Source: Prorocentrum cordatum (taxonomy: Eukaryota). From it: a DNA stretch of 55,611 nucleotides. Made by a program: the position numbers and the translations under genes. Below the pieces are notes generated by a model. It searched no databases, was not told where the DNA came from, and saw only the letters and a program-made list of their open reading frames with translations. Numbering within the stretch: position 1 is the stretch's first letter; each line of letters opens with the position of its first letter. The stretch is taken from contig CAUYUJ010000149.1 of the NCBI GenBank assembly GCA_963575745.1, forward strand, positions 62,001-117,611, in the 5' to 3' direction. Shown here in pieces: positions 23,796-36,214 of the stretch.

Positions 23796-26344
23796 CTTGC
23801 CCCGGGCGCCCACGGGCGCCCACCACGATCGCCCCGAGCCCCAGGCGGCGCGGGAGAGGCAGGAGAGAAGGGGGCAGGAGAGAAGTGTCAAGAAGGAGAG
23901 AAGGAGGACGGAGAGAAGGGGGCAGGAGAGAAGGAGAGAGGGAAGCACGTGGAAAGAGAGAGAGAGCAAGAGGGCCAAGGGAGGGGTGGAAGGGGGGGGT
24001 GGATGTGAGAAAGCTCCGGAACGACGACGAGGTAAGCTCCTTCTTGCTCCTCCTCCTCCTTCTCCTCCAACGCCTCCTCCGACAACCTCCTTCACTGGCC
24101 CACCTCCTCATCCCACCTCGCCTCCATCTATGATCCTGCAAGTGTGCCAGATGGACGACGAAGAGAAGAGCGCGAAGTTATGAGTACATTCGCGTTGGTG
24201 GTGCCGAGAAGCAGCAACATGTACCTTGAGTCAAGCGCTGTCACGAGCGGAAAACTCAAGAAGGCTCAAGCGCATGACCCACTTTGTTCAGGTTACAGGG
24301 CTGAAAGAGAACATTAGTGGTGTATGACGAGATATGGGTGCTATATGTTTGCTTGCTATACCAATGCGAGGTTGTCGAAAGAAAAGTTTACCACAGGAGA
24401 AGAGAGGAAGAAATGTTACGCACTCGCCTGTCCGATGGGCGGCTCGACCGCGACTTCACACGTGCCCGCTTACGTTTCCCAGACCCGACTCTGGCGATCC
24501 ATCATGTAGCCCCAGGCCACGCGGCGTCAACAACTGATCGTCGTTCCTCGCCTATCCCTCGTCGTCCTCGCTGGTGTACGCCCCAAGATGTAAGGAGTCG
24601 GCGACGACTGTCAGCTTCTTGACGGCTCAAGTCTTTGACGGGGTGGCGACGGCCGACCACTGCCCAGGTGACAGAGCATGGGCGACGAAGCATGGGCGGC
24701 GTTGAACGCCTCCTGCACTCCGCACCGGACTGGGGAACCGACGCCCACGTGTGCCCGTTGAGCCACGAACGGTGGCCAGGGCCTGATAAGTGCGCCTGCA
24801 AGAGAACCGTTCGTCACACTGCAGGCTGCGGACCCTTGCGTTGGGGCGCGGCCGTTCTCCGCCACGCCTGCACCTCATCATCTTGAACCTGCACGGGTCA
24901 CGCACGTTAGCTTCGACGTGCGTTTGAGACCAAAATTACCCACCGCCTCCTGATCGATGTAAACCTATCACCTTTTTTTCCACATCGGAATTACCGTAGA
25001 ACAATACCATCCACTTAAGGTTAAATTCAAACGAAGCGGCAAGGTCCTCCGTGGAAGAAACGCAAGGCCCAGGTGCCTGTTGCACAGCCATCGCGATCGT
25101 TCTGCACCGAACAACGCAGCAGAAACACTTGATGCCGACAAGGTTGGGCTACCTGGCCACAGTATGCCAAAACATATCGTCAACACGTTCACACATTCTT
25201 GCTCTTGGAATTCAGGTTTGTCGTTACAGATGCCTACGCGTTCTCCTGGCTGAACCAATCAGCCTGCTCACACGAAAGGTCAATCGATGGCATGGAGCCT
25301 GGGCGACCGCTGACATCATCTGTGCACAAACCCTGGATCGCACTGGCAAGGGTCACTCAGTGATCGTGTTCCTGATACCCGTATCTCCCGATGGCATCCC
25401 TCCAGGCCTGGCCGTGAAGGAATATGATTAGTAATTTTCGGCACGCATCTCGTCTCCGAACAAGAATCCGCATGAGAAGTAGAAATGGTCACTCTCTTCG
25501 TCGGTGACAGGTTGACCGGCAGCCCGCGCCAATCACGAGCCTGCTGATCACTCTGCGCCACGATCTTCCGAAACCAGAGACCGCGGACCTCGGCGCAGAT
25601 GCTACTGGCGAACGAAAAAATGGCGGCAGCTGAGGTCCAAGCACCTGACGCTCGCGCGGTCCTGAGGCAACGCGAACTTGCATAGGAGGTACCCATCCGG
25701 GAATAGGAAGGCATTGAAAACAGATTGGGTTCCGCCCGCCCCCGAAGGAGGACGGAAAAGCTGAAGCGAGTCGACCATTGATGCGCTGAAAGTAGATTGG
25801 AATCTGGGACTCCAGAAAATACCTACTTTCAGCGACCGATGGAAGACCAAGCTCCATCTCTGACCGCTTCGGGGTCGCGATGAGGATCGCCCTCGTTACC
25901 GACTATGGCTCGGCTGGCGTCGGGCACTCGAGGGGCGACCCCGCTCCCCGACCGTCACGATCCTGCCGCGGCCTGTGACTGAGCCGGTGATGGCTCTGCC
26001 ACAGCGGTCGCTGCCAGTAACCTCGAGAATAAGGCTGCCAGGCTCGGAGCCTGCTGGGCATGGACCCTGTCGGCGCTTCTACTCCGTCCGCGGCTGCCCT
26101 TCTTCTTGACCTCAATCTTGGCTGCTGATGACAGCTGCACTGGCGGCACCTTCGGTGCTACCGCTCTGGTGGCAACCGACTGCGGTTCACCGTCCAAGTC
26201 GGGCGGGTTGGCATAGTAATTGACAGAATTCGTCACAATGCTGATCTTCTGTGCAACGTGACTTCACGTCTGTGCGGTCTTCCTTACCTCGTCCGTCCCC
26301 GCAAGGTGGTCGGGCGTATTGTTACCAAGCACTATGCTTACACC

Positions 26345-26710
26345 TCACAGCTTCAACCACATAGCTTGCACCAGATAGCTCGCACATCGTAGCCTGCACC
26401 AAATAGCTTATACCACATAGTTCACACCTGATACGTTAAACCACACACAACATAGCTGAAATTACATAGCTTGCAACACTCAACCTGTGGCAAACAGCTT
26501 GCATCACATAGGTTCCACCATTTACCTTCATCCACTTAAGTTGCACCATAAAAGGTTTCACTATTCAGTTTAAACCACATAGCAAGCACCATCAAGTTTT
26601 CACACCATAGCTTGCACCACATAGCTTGCACTACATAGCTTGCACCCCGTAGCTTACGGTACACACCTCGCACCACACTGCGTCCAACCAATGAATTACA
26701 CTATGTAGTT
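26345..26710. repeat. Degenerate short tandem repeat (ACCACATAGCTTGC-like)
   Basis: Recurrent cacatagcttgcac variants. Confidence 0.75.
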
Positions 26711-26824
26711 GGCGCTGGACACTACCTGTGTGACACATGGAGAGCGCAACTATTCACTGCGATGAATCCACGTTAACAAACGTGTTTCCCAAAGCAACGC
26801 TTGCACTTAGGAGGGCGCTGGTTC

Positions 26825-27145
26825 GGTGTGCCGAAATTTCGCCTGGTGCCCGCCCGTGGGCGCTCATAGGCACCCCGTGGGGTGGATAGGTGTGCCACGG
26901 TTTCGCCCTGTGCCCGCCCGTTGGCGCCCAAGGACGAATCGCGTGCCGGGTGGGCGTGGACCGAGATTTCGCCCGGCGCTCGCTGGTGGGCGCCTCGTGG
27001 GCGCCTCGTGCGCCGGGTGGGAGTGCCCCTGTGCGGTCCGTTGCCCGCGCGTGGGCGCCGCGTGGATGCTTCATGCGCGGGACGGGTCTGCCGAAATTTC
27101 GCCTGGTGCCCGCCAGTGTGCGCCTCGTGTGTTGATATATATATA

Positions 27146-27218
<73 letters not shown>
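26825..27218. repeat. Degenerate ~65-bp GC-rich tandem repeat followed by (TA)n
   Basis: ccgaaatttcgcctggtgcccgcc variants at ~26831, 26898, 26961 and 27091. (TA)n at 27135-27218. Confidence 0.75.
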
Positions 27219-27220
<2 letters not shown>

Positions 27221-27252
27221 AGGCCCGCAGCCTGAAGCCTGCGCCCGCTACG

Positions 27253-28136
27253 TCACGACGCTTCGCTTAGCAGAGCACGCGCCTTAGAATTCTCAGCGCC
27301 TCGTTGGATCCATCGCCTTAAGAGCCTCCCGGTCGAGCCTGCACTCGGCGTCCCGTGGAACCGGACGTGGTTCGTGGTGCGGTACACCTCGTAGATCGCC
27401 AGGGCAAGTCTTGCAACGTCTTTATCCGGGCACTCCTCGTCGAGAAGAAAAAACGTAAGCTTTGAGGGTCGCCAATCCACGCCCAAACCAATAGGCCTTA
27501 TCGCATTCAACACACTCCAAGCCACAGAGCAAACAAAGTAATGTTCGACATTGTCACACCCTGCCCGGCAACCAAGCAAGCAGCGTAAGACCCCGTCCGC
27601 ACCTTCTGCCGTAGCCGTAGCATGTCTCATCCTACGTTTGGTCACCCAACCGTTGTAAATCGTACGTAAGTATGATGCCGCAACCCTCGGCGGGCACCAA
27701 GAGTGCACGATGTGGAATGCCCGCGAGACCCGGCCTGCCAGAACGTTTTCAGGCACCCCAAAGCCCCATCTGCACAGCTTGTGCGGGAGACGGTGCGCCG
27801 GCGCAGGGTAAAGCGCTTTCTTGACCAAGTCAACAGCTATGGCCTGGAAGTGCACGCTGGTCCCCTGGGCTGCATTGTCTGCCACTGTGCGGACTTTGCG
27901 GCGGGTCACTCCCGAGCATTCAGCAAAATGTTCGGCCCGAGCGAGGCGCGCAAAGTAAGAATTGCCATGCCACATGCCAAACGGACCAGTGAGGAATCTG
28001 TCGTCCAACTGTTCAAGTTCTTGGCATCGTTCGCGGCAGTCTGGCGCCACTTGGTCGGTGACCCGAAGCTTCGCTGCCAAGGTGACGCAATATATATATC
28101 TATATATATATACATATATATGTACATGTATATGTA

Positions 28137-28168
<32 letters not shown>

Positions 28169-29345
28169 CTTACATACATACATACATACATAAAAATGTA
28201 TATATATTCGTGAACGAGTACTTGAAGCTGAACGTTTCCTTCAAGCTGCAGAGATCCTCGGGCGGGATCCAAAAACCAGGGCCAGGGGCAAGACGCCGCA
28301 ATGCCCAAGGAACGAGTTCTTCCAAGGTAGTTGGGATATCCTCCAACTGCATGATAAACGACAGCACGGAACAAATAAACGCATTGCATGCGAGCGTGGA
28401 CATGAAAAGTCCGAGGTGTCGATGGGGCCCAAAATTGCACTCTGCTCAATAATTTCTCCACCGGCTTCTCCCACGACTTGAGGCCGGCACCAGGTCCAAT
28501 CCAAAATCCACGGTATTTGCCCGCTGAACACACCGCGATGTCGCGCCAAGCCGGCGCTGACTCCCGGATTAGGGCTCTGACGTTGGACTCAGACGCGTAC
28601 TTCCACAACGGAATGAACACCGTTTTCTTGACGTTCAACGCGAGGCAGGAAATCGACTCAAATTATGTGAACAGCTTTGCAATCACTGGTATCGATATCC
28701 CATAGTCGCGGACTGCTGCCGCGGTGTCATCGGCAAACGCTCTCGCCACTTCGCGCCCCGATAAGCGCATCGAAAGTTCACGAAGAAGAATGTCAGCACA
28801 GATTGCGAAAAATAGTGGCGATAGCGGGCATCCCTGCCGAACGCCGCTCCTGATAGTGATGCTGCTGAAATACTGCGAACATGCTTTGATTTGGGTTTGT
28901 TGTCATTGTAAACATTTTGAGCATGTTAACTAATTCCACGGGTGCGCCAACTGCAGACAACACCTCCCGCGCGAATGTGTGATCGATGCTCGGGAACGCA
29001 GCCCGGGAGTCGAAAAGGAGAATCGCACCCTTCTTGGAAGTGACTGAAATCTTCTGCGCCGCAAAATCGACGTCCAAGACATTGCGGGGCATATGACGCC
29101 CTCGGATGAAACCGCGCTGCGTCGGCAAAATCCGTGGAGCCACAGAGCGGTCCAAGACTGCCCGGAAAATGGAGGCGATGGTACGGTTGCTGGCGTCCAC
29201 AATACACAGGGGTCTGGCGTTGCCGGCCTCGAAGCATTCTGCGCCGTCTGGGAGCGCCGAGCCAGAGCCCCTGGGTTAGCAAATCAGAAAAGCATAGTCG
29301 AAGTCCTCGAGAGGAACGGCACTGCCCCGTTGAAAGGAATGTGTA
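27253..29345 (-). mobile_element. Decayed non-LTR retrotransposon (LINE) ORF2: RT + C-terminal CCHC finger
   Basis: RT motifs across frames: ARPLCIVDASNR, QRGFIRGR, LLFDSRAAFPSIDH, SGVRQGCPLSPLFF, RAFADD (28726-28743), LTLNVKKT-like, KYRGFWIG. Zinc finger CLLGCRAGCDNVEHYFVC. Contains stops, frameshifts and a (TA)n insertion at 28090-28207. Confidence 0.92.
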
Positions 29346-29359
29346 CGATCTGCTGCCTT

Positions 29360-32300
29360 TGTTTTTCATAGGGCTCTACATGAAACCTGAAATGGCTGCA
29401 AGTCAACTTCCCTCTACTCTGCTCCTCTACTTGCTACGCTGGGGGCGTGCATTCCCGCGGCCCTCCTACACCTGGTGCGAATGGTTCCTCGCGCGCGGTG
29501 CCCCTGCGAAGCTTTCGGTAGTGGGGCGTGGATTCACGGAGCTCTGCGGTTGGAACAACTTGGGCCCAGAGCCGCCGATGTCAAAGAACATTGTTTTACT
29601 CTTCTCTCTGACTGGCGCTGCCGAGCCCGACTCAAGCCATCCCTGCTCTTCCAACAAGTTCAAGTCAAGATTTTGATTCGCAAGTTGCGGTGCGAGCTCG
29701 TGTCTTCCGCCACGCGTGGCGTAGCCGAGTCTCTTGCAACATTTGCCTAAATTTGGTATGTCCAAGTACTTTGTCATGAGATCCCCTGGGTTCTCGTCAG
29801 TGCCGATTTTTCGGATGACGAAGTCGTCGTTTGCGAGTCTTTCTTAAACCCGCAAGTATGGGCTGCGACGGTGTTTCACATTACCCAGCCCTAGCCTAGA
29901 TGCTATTCCTTTGCCGGCTGAGCTGTCTGTGCTCAGGCGCACTTTTAAAACAATACCAAAATCAGACGCTAAAGACAATGCTCCTAACAACACACGTGCA
30001 CCCGTTACTATCCCGTAAAATTCTGCTTCCCCGGAGCTCAGTGCGATGACGCTTTGCGTGCTGCTCCATGTCTTGATTGCGTGTAGACCGAACATCAATG
30101 CTCCTGGATTGTTTTTTCTGGCTCTTAAGCAACCTGCGTGGTCTGTGTCAACAAGCACGTCACAGAAATAACATGACTCTTGCAATGGGTGCGCGAGCAC
30201 TAAACGTGGACGCCCTTCCAAATAGCGTGCAAGTCTTTTCATAGTGTTCCAATGTCCTACTGCTGGTTGTTGCATGCCGCGCGCCAGCTCCTTTGCTGCG
30301 TATTGGATGTCGCTACGGTCTTGTGCAATGTAGTTGATGCGCATGCAAAGCGATCTGATCTTAGTAATCATGTCTGGAGCAAGTAGCTTGAGGTCTCCAT
30401 CTGAATCGAGTGCCTCTTTCACACCAGGAGTAGAGCACGCTTTCGACCGCTCATCCTGGATTCCGCTGTCTCTCACAATAAATTCAACATGTCGTTGGTC
30501 ACACTCGTACTCTAGGCCAAATCCGATCCAAAACACAATCCGGTTAAGAATCCGGACACTTTTGTCATCACCGTCTTCGGGCCCTAGTGCTGGTCGCACT
30601 TTGAGCGCAAGTGATGACTCCAACACTCCGGTGAGCCATTCAAGGCCGTCATCGTCGGAAGACGCTGTGAAATCGTCTCCGCGCACAACTAACCTCACGT
30701 CCCGCGTGGGTTCGCAGAAAATGCACGGGCTCGAACGACCTTGAACGAATCCCGCTTGGGTTAAGACTTTCGTGTAACATCGCCCCCAGCCTTGCGCTGC
30801 ATCTCTGGTTCCGCACTGCAGCGAACTAGTTTGCCGACCGCGCCGGGTTCGGCATCTTCCTCTGGAAGCTCAACGTAAACATCTCGCATAGCATCAGCGT
30901 GAAAATACGAGCGGACGGCATCGATGAACCTAATCTTCAAAGGCTTTCTGGCCTTGTGGAGCTTTTGAGTTGCCACGTGGCTGAATAGAAACTTCTTTGC
31001 CCCAAGCGGAGGCGTTGCCGCGAACAGATCGGCGCGTTTGTCTCGTTTCACCTCTCTTGCAACTAATCGCGCGCGGATCTCTGGATTCTGATCGCCCCCT
31101 CTATTAACGATCGCCCACCTGACCGAGATAGGTGTTCTTTTCCTGTTACTTCGAATACTTCCGACCTCGGACCTTCGACGTTAGCCTCGTGCTTTTTGGA
31201 TGCCCCGATTTCTTTCAACATTGCTTCTTGCACAAATTCCGTTGGCAATCGAGCACCTGCGCTGTCATCAGACACTTCCTGTTCAGAACACCACTCATCA
31301 AAATCAAAATGGGGCTCTTCACAACAAGCGGTCCCTATCGAGGACGGGTAGGCTTTCCCGTCTGTCTCCAGCTGCCCATGCAACCCGCTAAAAACAGCTG
31401 CGTGGAGCCTCGGACACAACAGTGCAGAAAGACGCATGTCCCCATCAAGCTGTAAACACTCACGGAAAACTAACGAAAACTCGCTTGATCTGGCGAGCTC
31501 TGCTATCAGCTCAGACGCAAAATACATACTGTTCGTGCTAAAACAAAACGGCCTGTTCACATTTGCGTTTGCGCTCGTTCGGCTCGAAATTGCGCCTATG
31601 TCTCACATTGAGACAACGACTGCATTGCTGGATGTTTTGCCAAAGCTGTGGAATCCGGTTGAACGTCCAAAAAATATATTCCGCTATCTCTCTGCTTCGC
31701 GTACAAGTCAACACCCAAAAACATGATTGCGTTCGCTGTTGGGATTCCGGCCATTGCCAGCAGACGACGCGATCAACAACATTGGCCTTCCTTCCTGGAC
31801 AAAGGCTCGAGCTTTCTTCAAATCGTCGCAAGTACTGAAATCAGCAGATCTGTTTTTGTTTACACATGGAACGCTAAAGTCTGAAACAAAACCAGGACTC
31901 AAACCAAAATTACATGCAAGAGAAGACGCACGCGGAGCTTTAAGCACTTCCCTAGAATCACCTGTTGAAACTAATGCAAAATTCTTGTAGAATTGCGCAA
32001 CACTGCACAAATCATGCTCAGATGCGTTAGAAAATGCGCTGATAGCCGGGTTCCCCGGTTCAGGCATTGGCACGTCACTGGGCTCTTGGTTCGCTGGTTG
32101 CTGCGCAGCGCCGGGCGAACATGATCCACCTGTATCCATTGGTTCTTCAAGAACATCGCTTGTTCGCTTTTCTGTTGGATTGGGTTTAATTGTTTTGGCT
32201 TTGACTTGAGGCGCTTCCCCCAGACGTCGTTTGCCCCTCTGTTCGTGTATTTATTGGTTCCGTTTCCGGCCTCTTGGCAAGAAGTGGTTCCTGGTTGGAT

Positions 32301-33732
32301 AGCCGCTGCGCCGCTTTACGGATTCGCTCTCCCCCTTCAACTGTGCTCCAATTACTTCGCGATTCGCTTTCGACCTGTTTCGTCGGGCGCAACTGGTGGG
32401 GAACCTGCAAACTGAGCATGGCAACCTGCACAGGTAGGAGTGAAACCGCATTTCAACCCATCTTTTCGCAAAATGCACACGCGACAATGGACGATGGATA
32501 GGTCATCCCGAGGCTGCGCAGGTGGCGGGGGGGTTTCCTCCAGCACCGGCTAAATTACGACAGCTCTCGGCATCGCATCTTGGTTTACTTCGCCTTCTGG
32601 CACTGGTTTCCAGGGGGGGCCGCAACGCCGTCAAGCGATCAAGATTCCACTGGTCGGAAGGAGGTTCCCTCATGATTGACCTCGCCGTGACGACACAAGC
32701 GGACGTTCCTATGTGCGCTACGCTGCTGGATTCTCTGACCCCTAGAACAATTCCGCCCGACCATATAGTCGCCAACTTTGCAAACCCACTGTTTTTTGCC
32801 CCATCCTCGCTGGTTCCCAACGAACGCACTCTCCAAACGGAATCAAATCACAAGATCATGCACAACTTGTTTCACTGAACGCGGGCGCCCTGCTCCTTTG
32901 CACGGAAACGCGCGTTTTATCACTATAAAAAAAAAGAAAAAAACTGTCGTTCCGCGACACCGTAAACAAATATTTGGCACCGTGCATTCGTCGCCTGGCA
33001 TTCCCAAAAAGAAGTGACCCATTGAAGCAATCGGGATTTCGTGATCCTTGTCAGAGACACGTGCTCGGCGAAACAAACTCTTACCTTTTCCCCGGGCGCA
33101 GTGCCGACACCAGTTCCTATAGGGTAGATGGGTGGCGTTGTGTTCATCTATCTCTTTCTGGGTCGGTTGCGACGGAACCTTGAGAAACGGCGCAGAGAGG
33201 TCTCCCGAGACGTCTACACCGGCATCGCCGTCATCAGCTAACGAGAAGTAAAGGTTTTGGGCCATATCTGATTCGGGGACATCATGTGACCCCTCTGGTG
33301 AAACGCTCTCTGCCTGAGGCCTTGCGGGCCCAGACCCTGCCCGTGGAAAACTGGTCGGTTCAGTCCGTCTGCCTCGGCCGGGGCGAGAGACGGTGCATCC
33401 GCCGCTTCTTCGAGCGATGGCGGCGCGACCCACGCTTTCATTTTGCAAGTTCCGTTTTCTTCAAGAAGTGGGATGATCTCTGATGGCTTGCATTTGTTTC
33501 GAATGTGGCTCTCATCATCCAAAGCAACTCTGCGCCCGTTCCGTCGGATTGAGGACGCAGCCAACAAAAGGCCCATCAACGACTGCAACGTGAAACCGCA
33601 CCTTCTTCAGCAAACCATTTCCTGCAATGATGTTCGGGGGCCGATCTCCCACCGCTGGCAACGGCGTAGCAGACTCCTGCCTTGGATTCCTGGCCCGGAA
33701 TCGCGCAGTACTCCGCGGCGCAACCTTTGGGA
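29360..33732 (-). mobile_element. Decayed Ty1/Copia LTR retrotransposon pol (PR-INT-RT-RH), truncated by the gap
   Basis: Order along the minus strand: protease tail (GRRVALDDESHIRNK…NGTCKMKAWV), integrase HHCC (EHNATHLPYRNWCRHC), RT (LFAATPPL…FID…VYVELPEED; LVVRGDDF; DRSDIQYAAKELAR) and RNase H (DTDHAGC, IALSSGEAEFY, TDSSAGKGIA, NPGDLMTK). LTR limits are not resolved. Confidence 0.93.
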
Positions 33733-33832
33733 NNNNNNNNNNNNNNNNNNNNNNNNNNNNNNNNNNNNNNNNNNNNNNNNNNNNNNNNNNNNNNNNNNNN
33801 NNNNNNNNNNNNNNNNNNNNNNNNNNNNNNNN
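33733..33832. other. Assembly gap (100 N)
   Basis: Directly visible. Order and orientation across it are uncertain. Confidence 1.
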
Positions 33833-33847
33833 ACTACACCACTACTA

Positions 33848-33885
<38 letters not shown>

Positions 33886-33948
33886 ATACTACTTAGTTAC
33901 TACACTTACTATACTTACTACTACTACTACTACTACTACTACTATTAG

Positions 33949-33993
<45 letters not shown>

Positions 33994-34215
33994 GACTACT
34001 ACTACTACTACAGTTACAACAACAACTACTACTACTACTACTACTACTACCACTACCACTACTGCTACTACGACGACTACTACTACTAACACTAATACAA
34101 ATACTACGAATACTACTACGACGACTACTACTACGACGACTACTACTACTACTTCTACTACTACTAGTACTATTACTACTACTACTACTACAACAACAAC
34201 TACTACTACTACTAT

Positions 34216-34254
<39 letters not shown>

Positions 34255-34262
34255 CACTACCA

Positions 34263-34350
<88 letters not shown>

Positions 34351-34352
34351 GA
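33833..34352. repeat. (TAC)n microsatellite
   Basis: Directly visible. Confidence 0.95.
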
Positions 34353-35049
34353 CTCCGAATAGTATTGTTCCTAGTTTCGCTCCTGTTCCTACTCATACTC
34401 CTACAGCTACTCCTACTCCTACTCCTGCCGTCATTCCGTATTCGAATACATTCATATGCCCCCCGCGTCCCCCGCCGATAGCCGCCCCATCCGGGACGCC
34501 CTATCGTGACCTGCAAGCAACAATACAACATCTATATGTTCCGCCACCGTTCCCCTCAACATGGGCGTCTTGTCGTCCACGTCGATATTCTCCAGCAACA
34601 AACACACACACACACACACAGTGCACACGCGCGCGTTCGTGCCACAATCCTACCACACACACACACTATGTTTGCAATGATTTCAAACATAACAACCTAA
34701 GAACCAAATAGCTTCTTATCGCAAATGTTCAGAATTATTGCCCGTGCGCAATTGCTGAAACCACAAGGGAACAAACCCAACGATTCCCATGATTTCGTGA
34801 ATTATTCACTGCGTGGAGCTCCCCATATGTGCATCACATGTTTTATGTCATAGTGAGCGTCTGTTCATGGGCGCTTGACTATAATAGCGCGTCCACGTGG
34901 GCGACAATGCCGACGAAGACGAGTGAAGCCTAATGCGGGTGAGTGAGTACGACTCAGAGCGAGCTTTGAGTATGATTGAGTATGAGCCTCCCATTCACTC
35001 CCCCTCCTCAAACTGGCCGCGAACGGGCCCCTGGAAACACCCCTGGCGG

Positions 35050-35510
35050 CTCCCCTTAGGGGTGCTGAAACCCGCCGACAGAGGTGCATGAACCCGCAGG
35101 GGAAGTCTGGCGGATGGTGGATTCGGGTGAGGGTCCTGTGACTGCTCTCCTTGAGGCCTTTGATGCCCATCTTGATGCTACGCACTGGCGGCAAGCGGCG
35201 TTTGTCCTTCGACGGAGGTGGAGCCCAGAATGGTGTCGCATGGACACACGTTGCAAGACTCATTCGGCGTGTTGCTAAAGATGGTGACGAGGCGCTGCCA
35301 CGCATGATGCGGCTTGTTGCATGCGGCGGATACTGGGCAGAGGAACGCAAACACTATGCTAAGGTTGCGCCAGATCCTGTTTGTCAGAAGTGCCATGAAT
35401 CGGTTGGCTCGTCATTTCATGCATGTTGGGGTTGCTCTTGTCATGCGAACTCCGCTTGTGAGCACATCGCCAAGAGCAACGAACTTTGTCAACAAGCACT
35501 TGATGGTATG
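35050..35510 (+). mobile_element. LINE ORF2 C-terminal fragment (zf-RVT-like)
   Basis: LVACGGYWAEER…PVCQKCHESVGSSFHACWGC, a C-x2-C…H-x2-W-x-C finger typical of non-LTR ORF2. Confidence 0.7.
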
Positions 35511-35679
35511 ATTCGTCAGCGATCCCGTAGGCCTGCAGAGCCCCCAAGGAGCCGCGACGATTTCAGAATGGGAAAATTTCCAACATGTTGCTTTCCTCAA
35601 GCTGGGCCGCGGGGAATCATCATGGAACGCCCGCGCGCCATCGAATCGCCGCGGGCCGCCTGCCCCCGCCATTGAATTT

Positions 35680-35873
35680 CCTCCTCCTCCTCCTGCTCCT
35701 CCACCCCCTCCTCCTCCTCCTCCCTCCTCCCTCCTCCTCCCTCCTCCCTCCTCCTCCTCCTCCTCCTCCTCCTCCTCCTCCTCCTCCTCCTCCTCCTCCT
35801 CCTCCTCCTCCTCCTCCCCCTCCTCCTCCTCCTCCTCCCCCCCCTCCTCCCCCTCCCCCTCCTCCTCCCCCCC
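35680..35873. repeat. (CCT)n microsatellite
   Basis: Directly visible. Confidence 0.9.
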
Positions 35874-36214
35874 GCGGCCCCGCGGCCCCGAACTCCGGGC
35901 CAGCGGGCAGCGGCCGCGCGGCCTCCTCAGGACGCCGCCTCGCCCGGCGTCGCGCTCTTCCGACCCCGAAGCCGAGAGCCGCACGGAGGAGCGGCGGGGG
36001 GCGATCCGACCCTGGCCGGCAAGCCCAAGACGGGGGGGCCACATGCGAGCCCTGGCCCAGCCTCCCCCTCAGAAGTCGTGGGGGGCAGGGGTAGGGTTCG
36101 CACGTGGCCCCCTACAAAGAGGCGCGGCGGCAGCAGCTGCGCGGCGCGCTGGGGAGACGCAAGGGTGCCGGTACCGCTACTCCCTGGGCCTCTCCCAGGG
36201 TGCGTTCTGACCAG

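Noticed and set aside
24255..24275. Dinoflagellate spliced-leader relic (…GGCTCAAG)
   Set aside because: Only 8 nt match. The CCGTAGCCATTTT part is absent here and I saw it nowhere else by eye.
24300..26300. Possible decayed minus-strand coding region
   Set aside because: It has protein-like patches only, with many stops and no assignable family.
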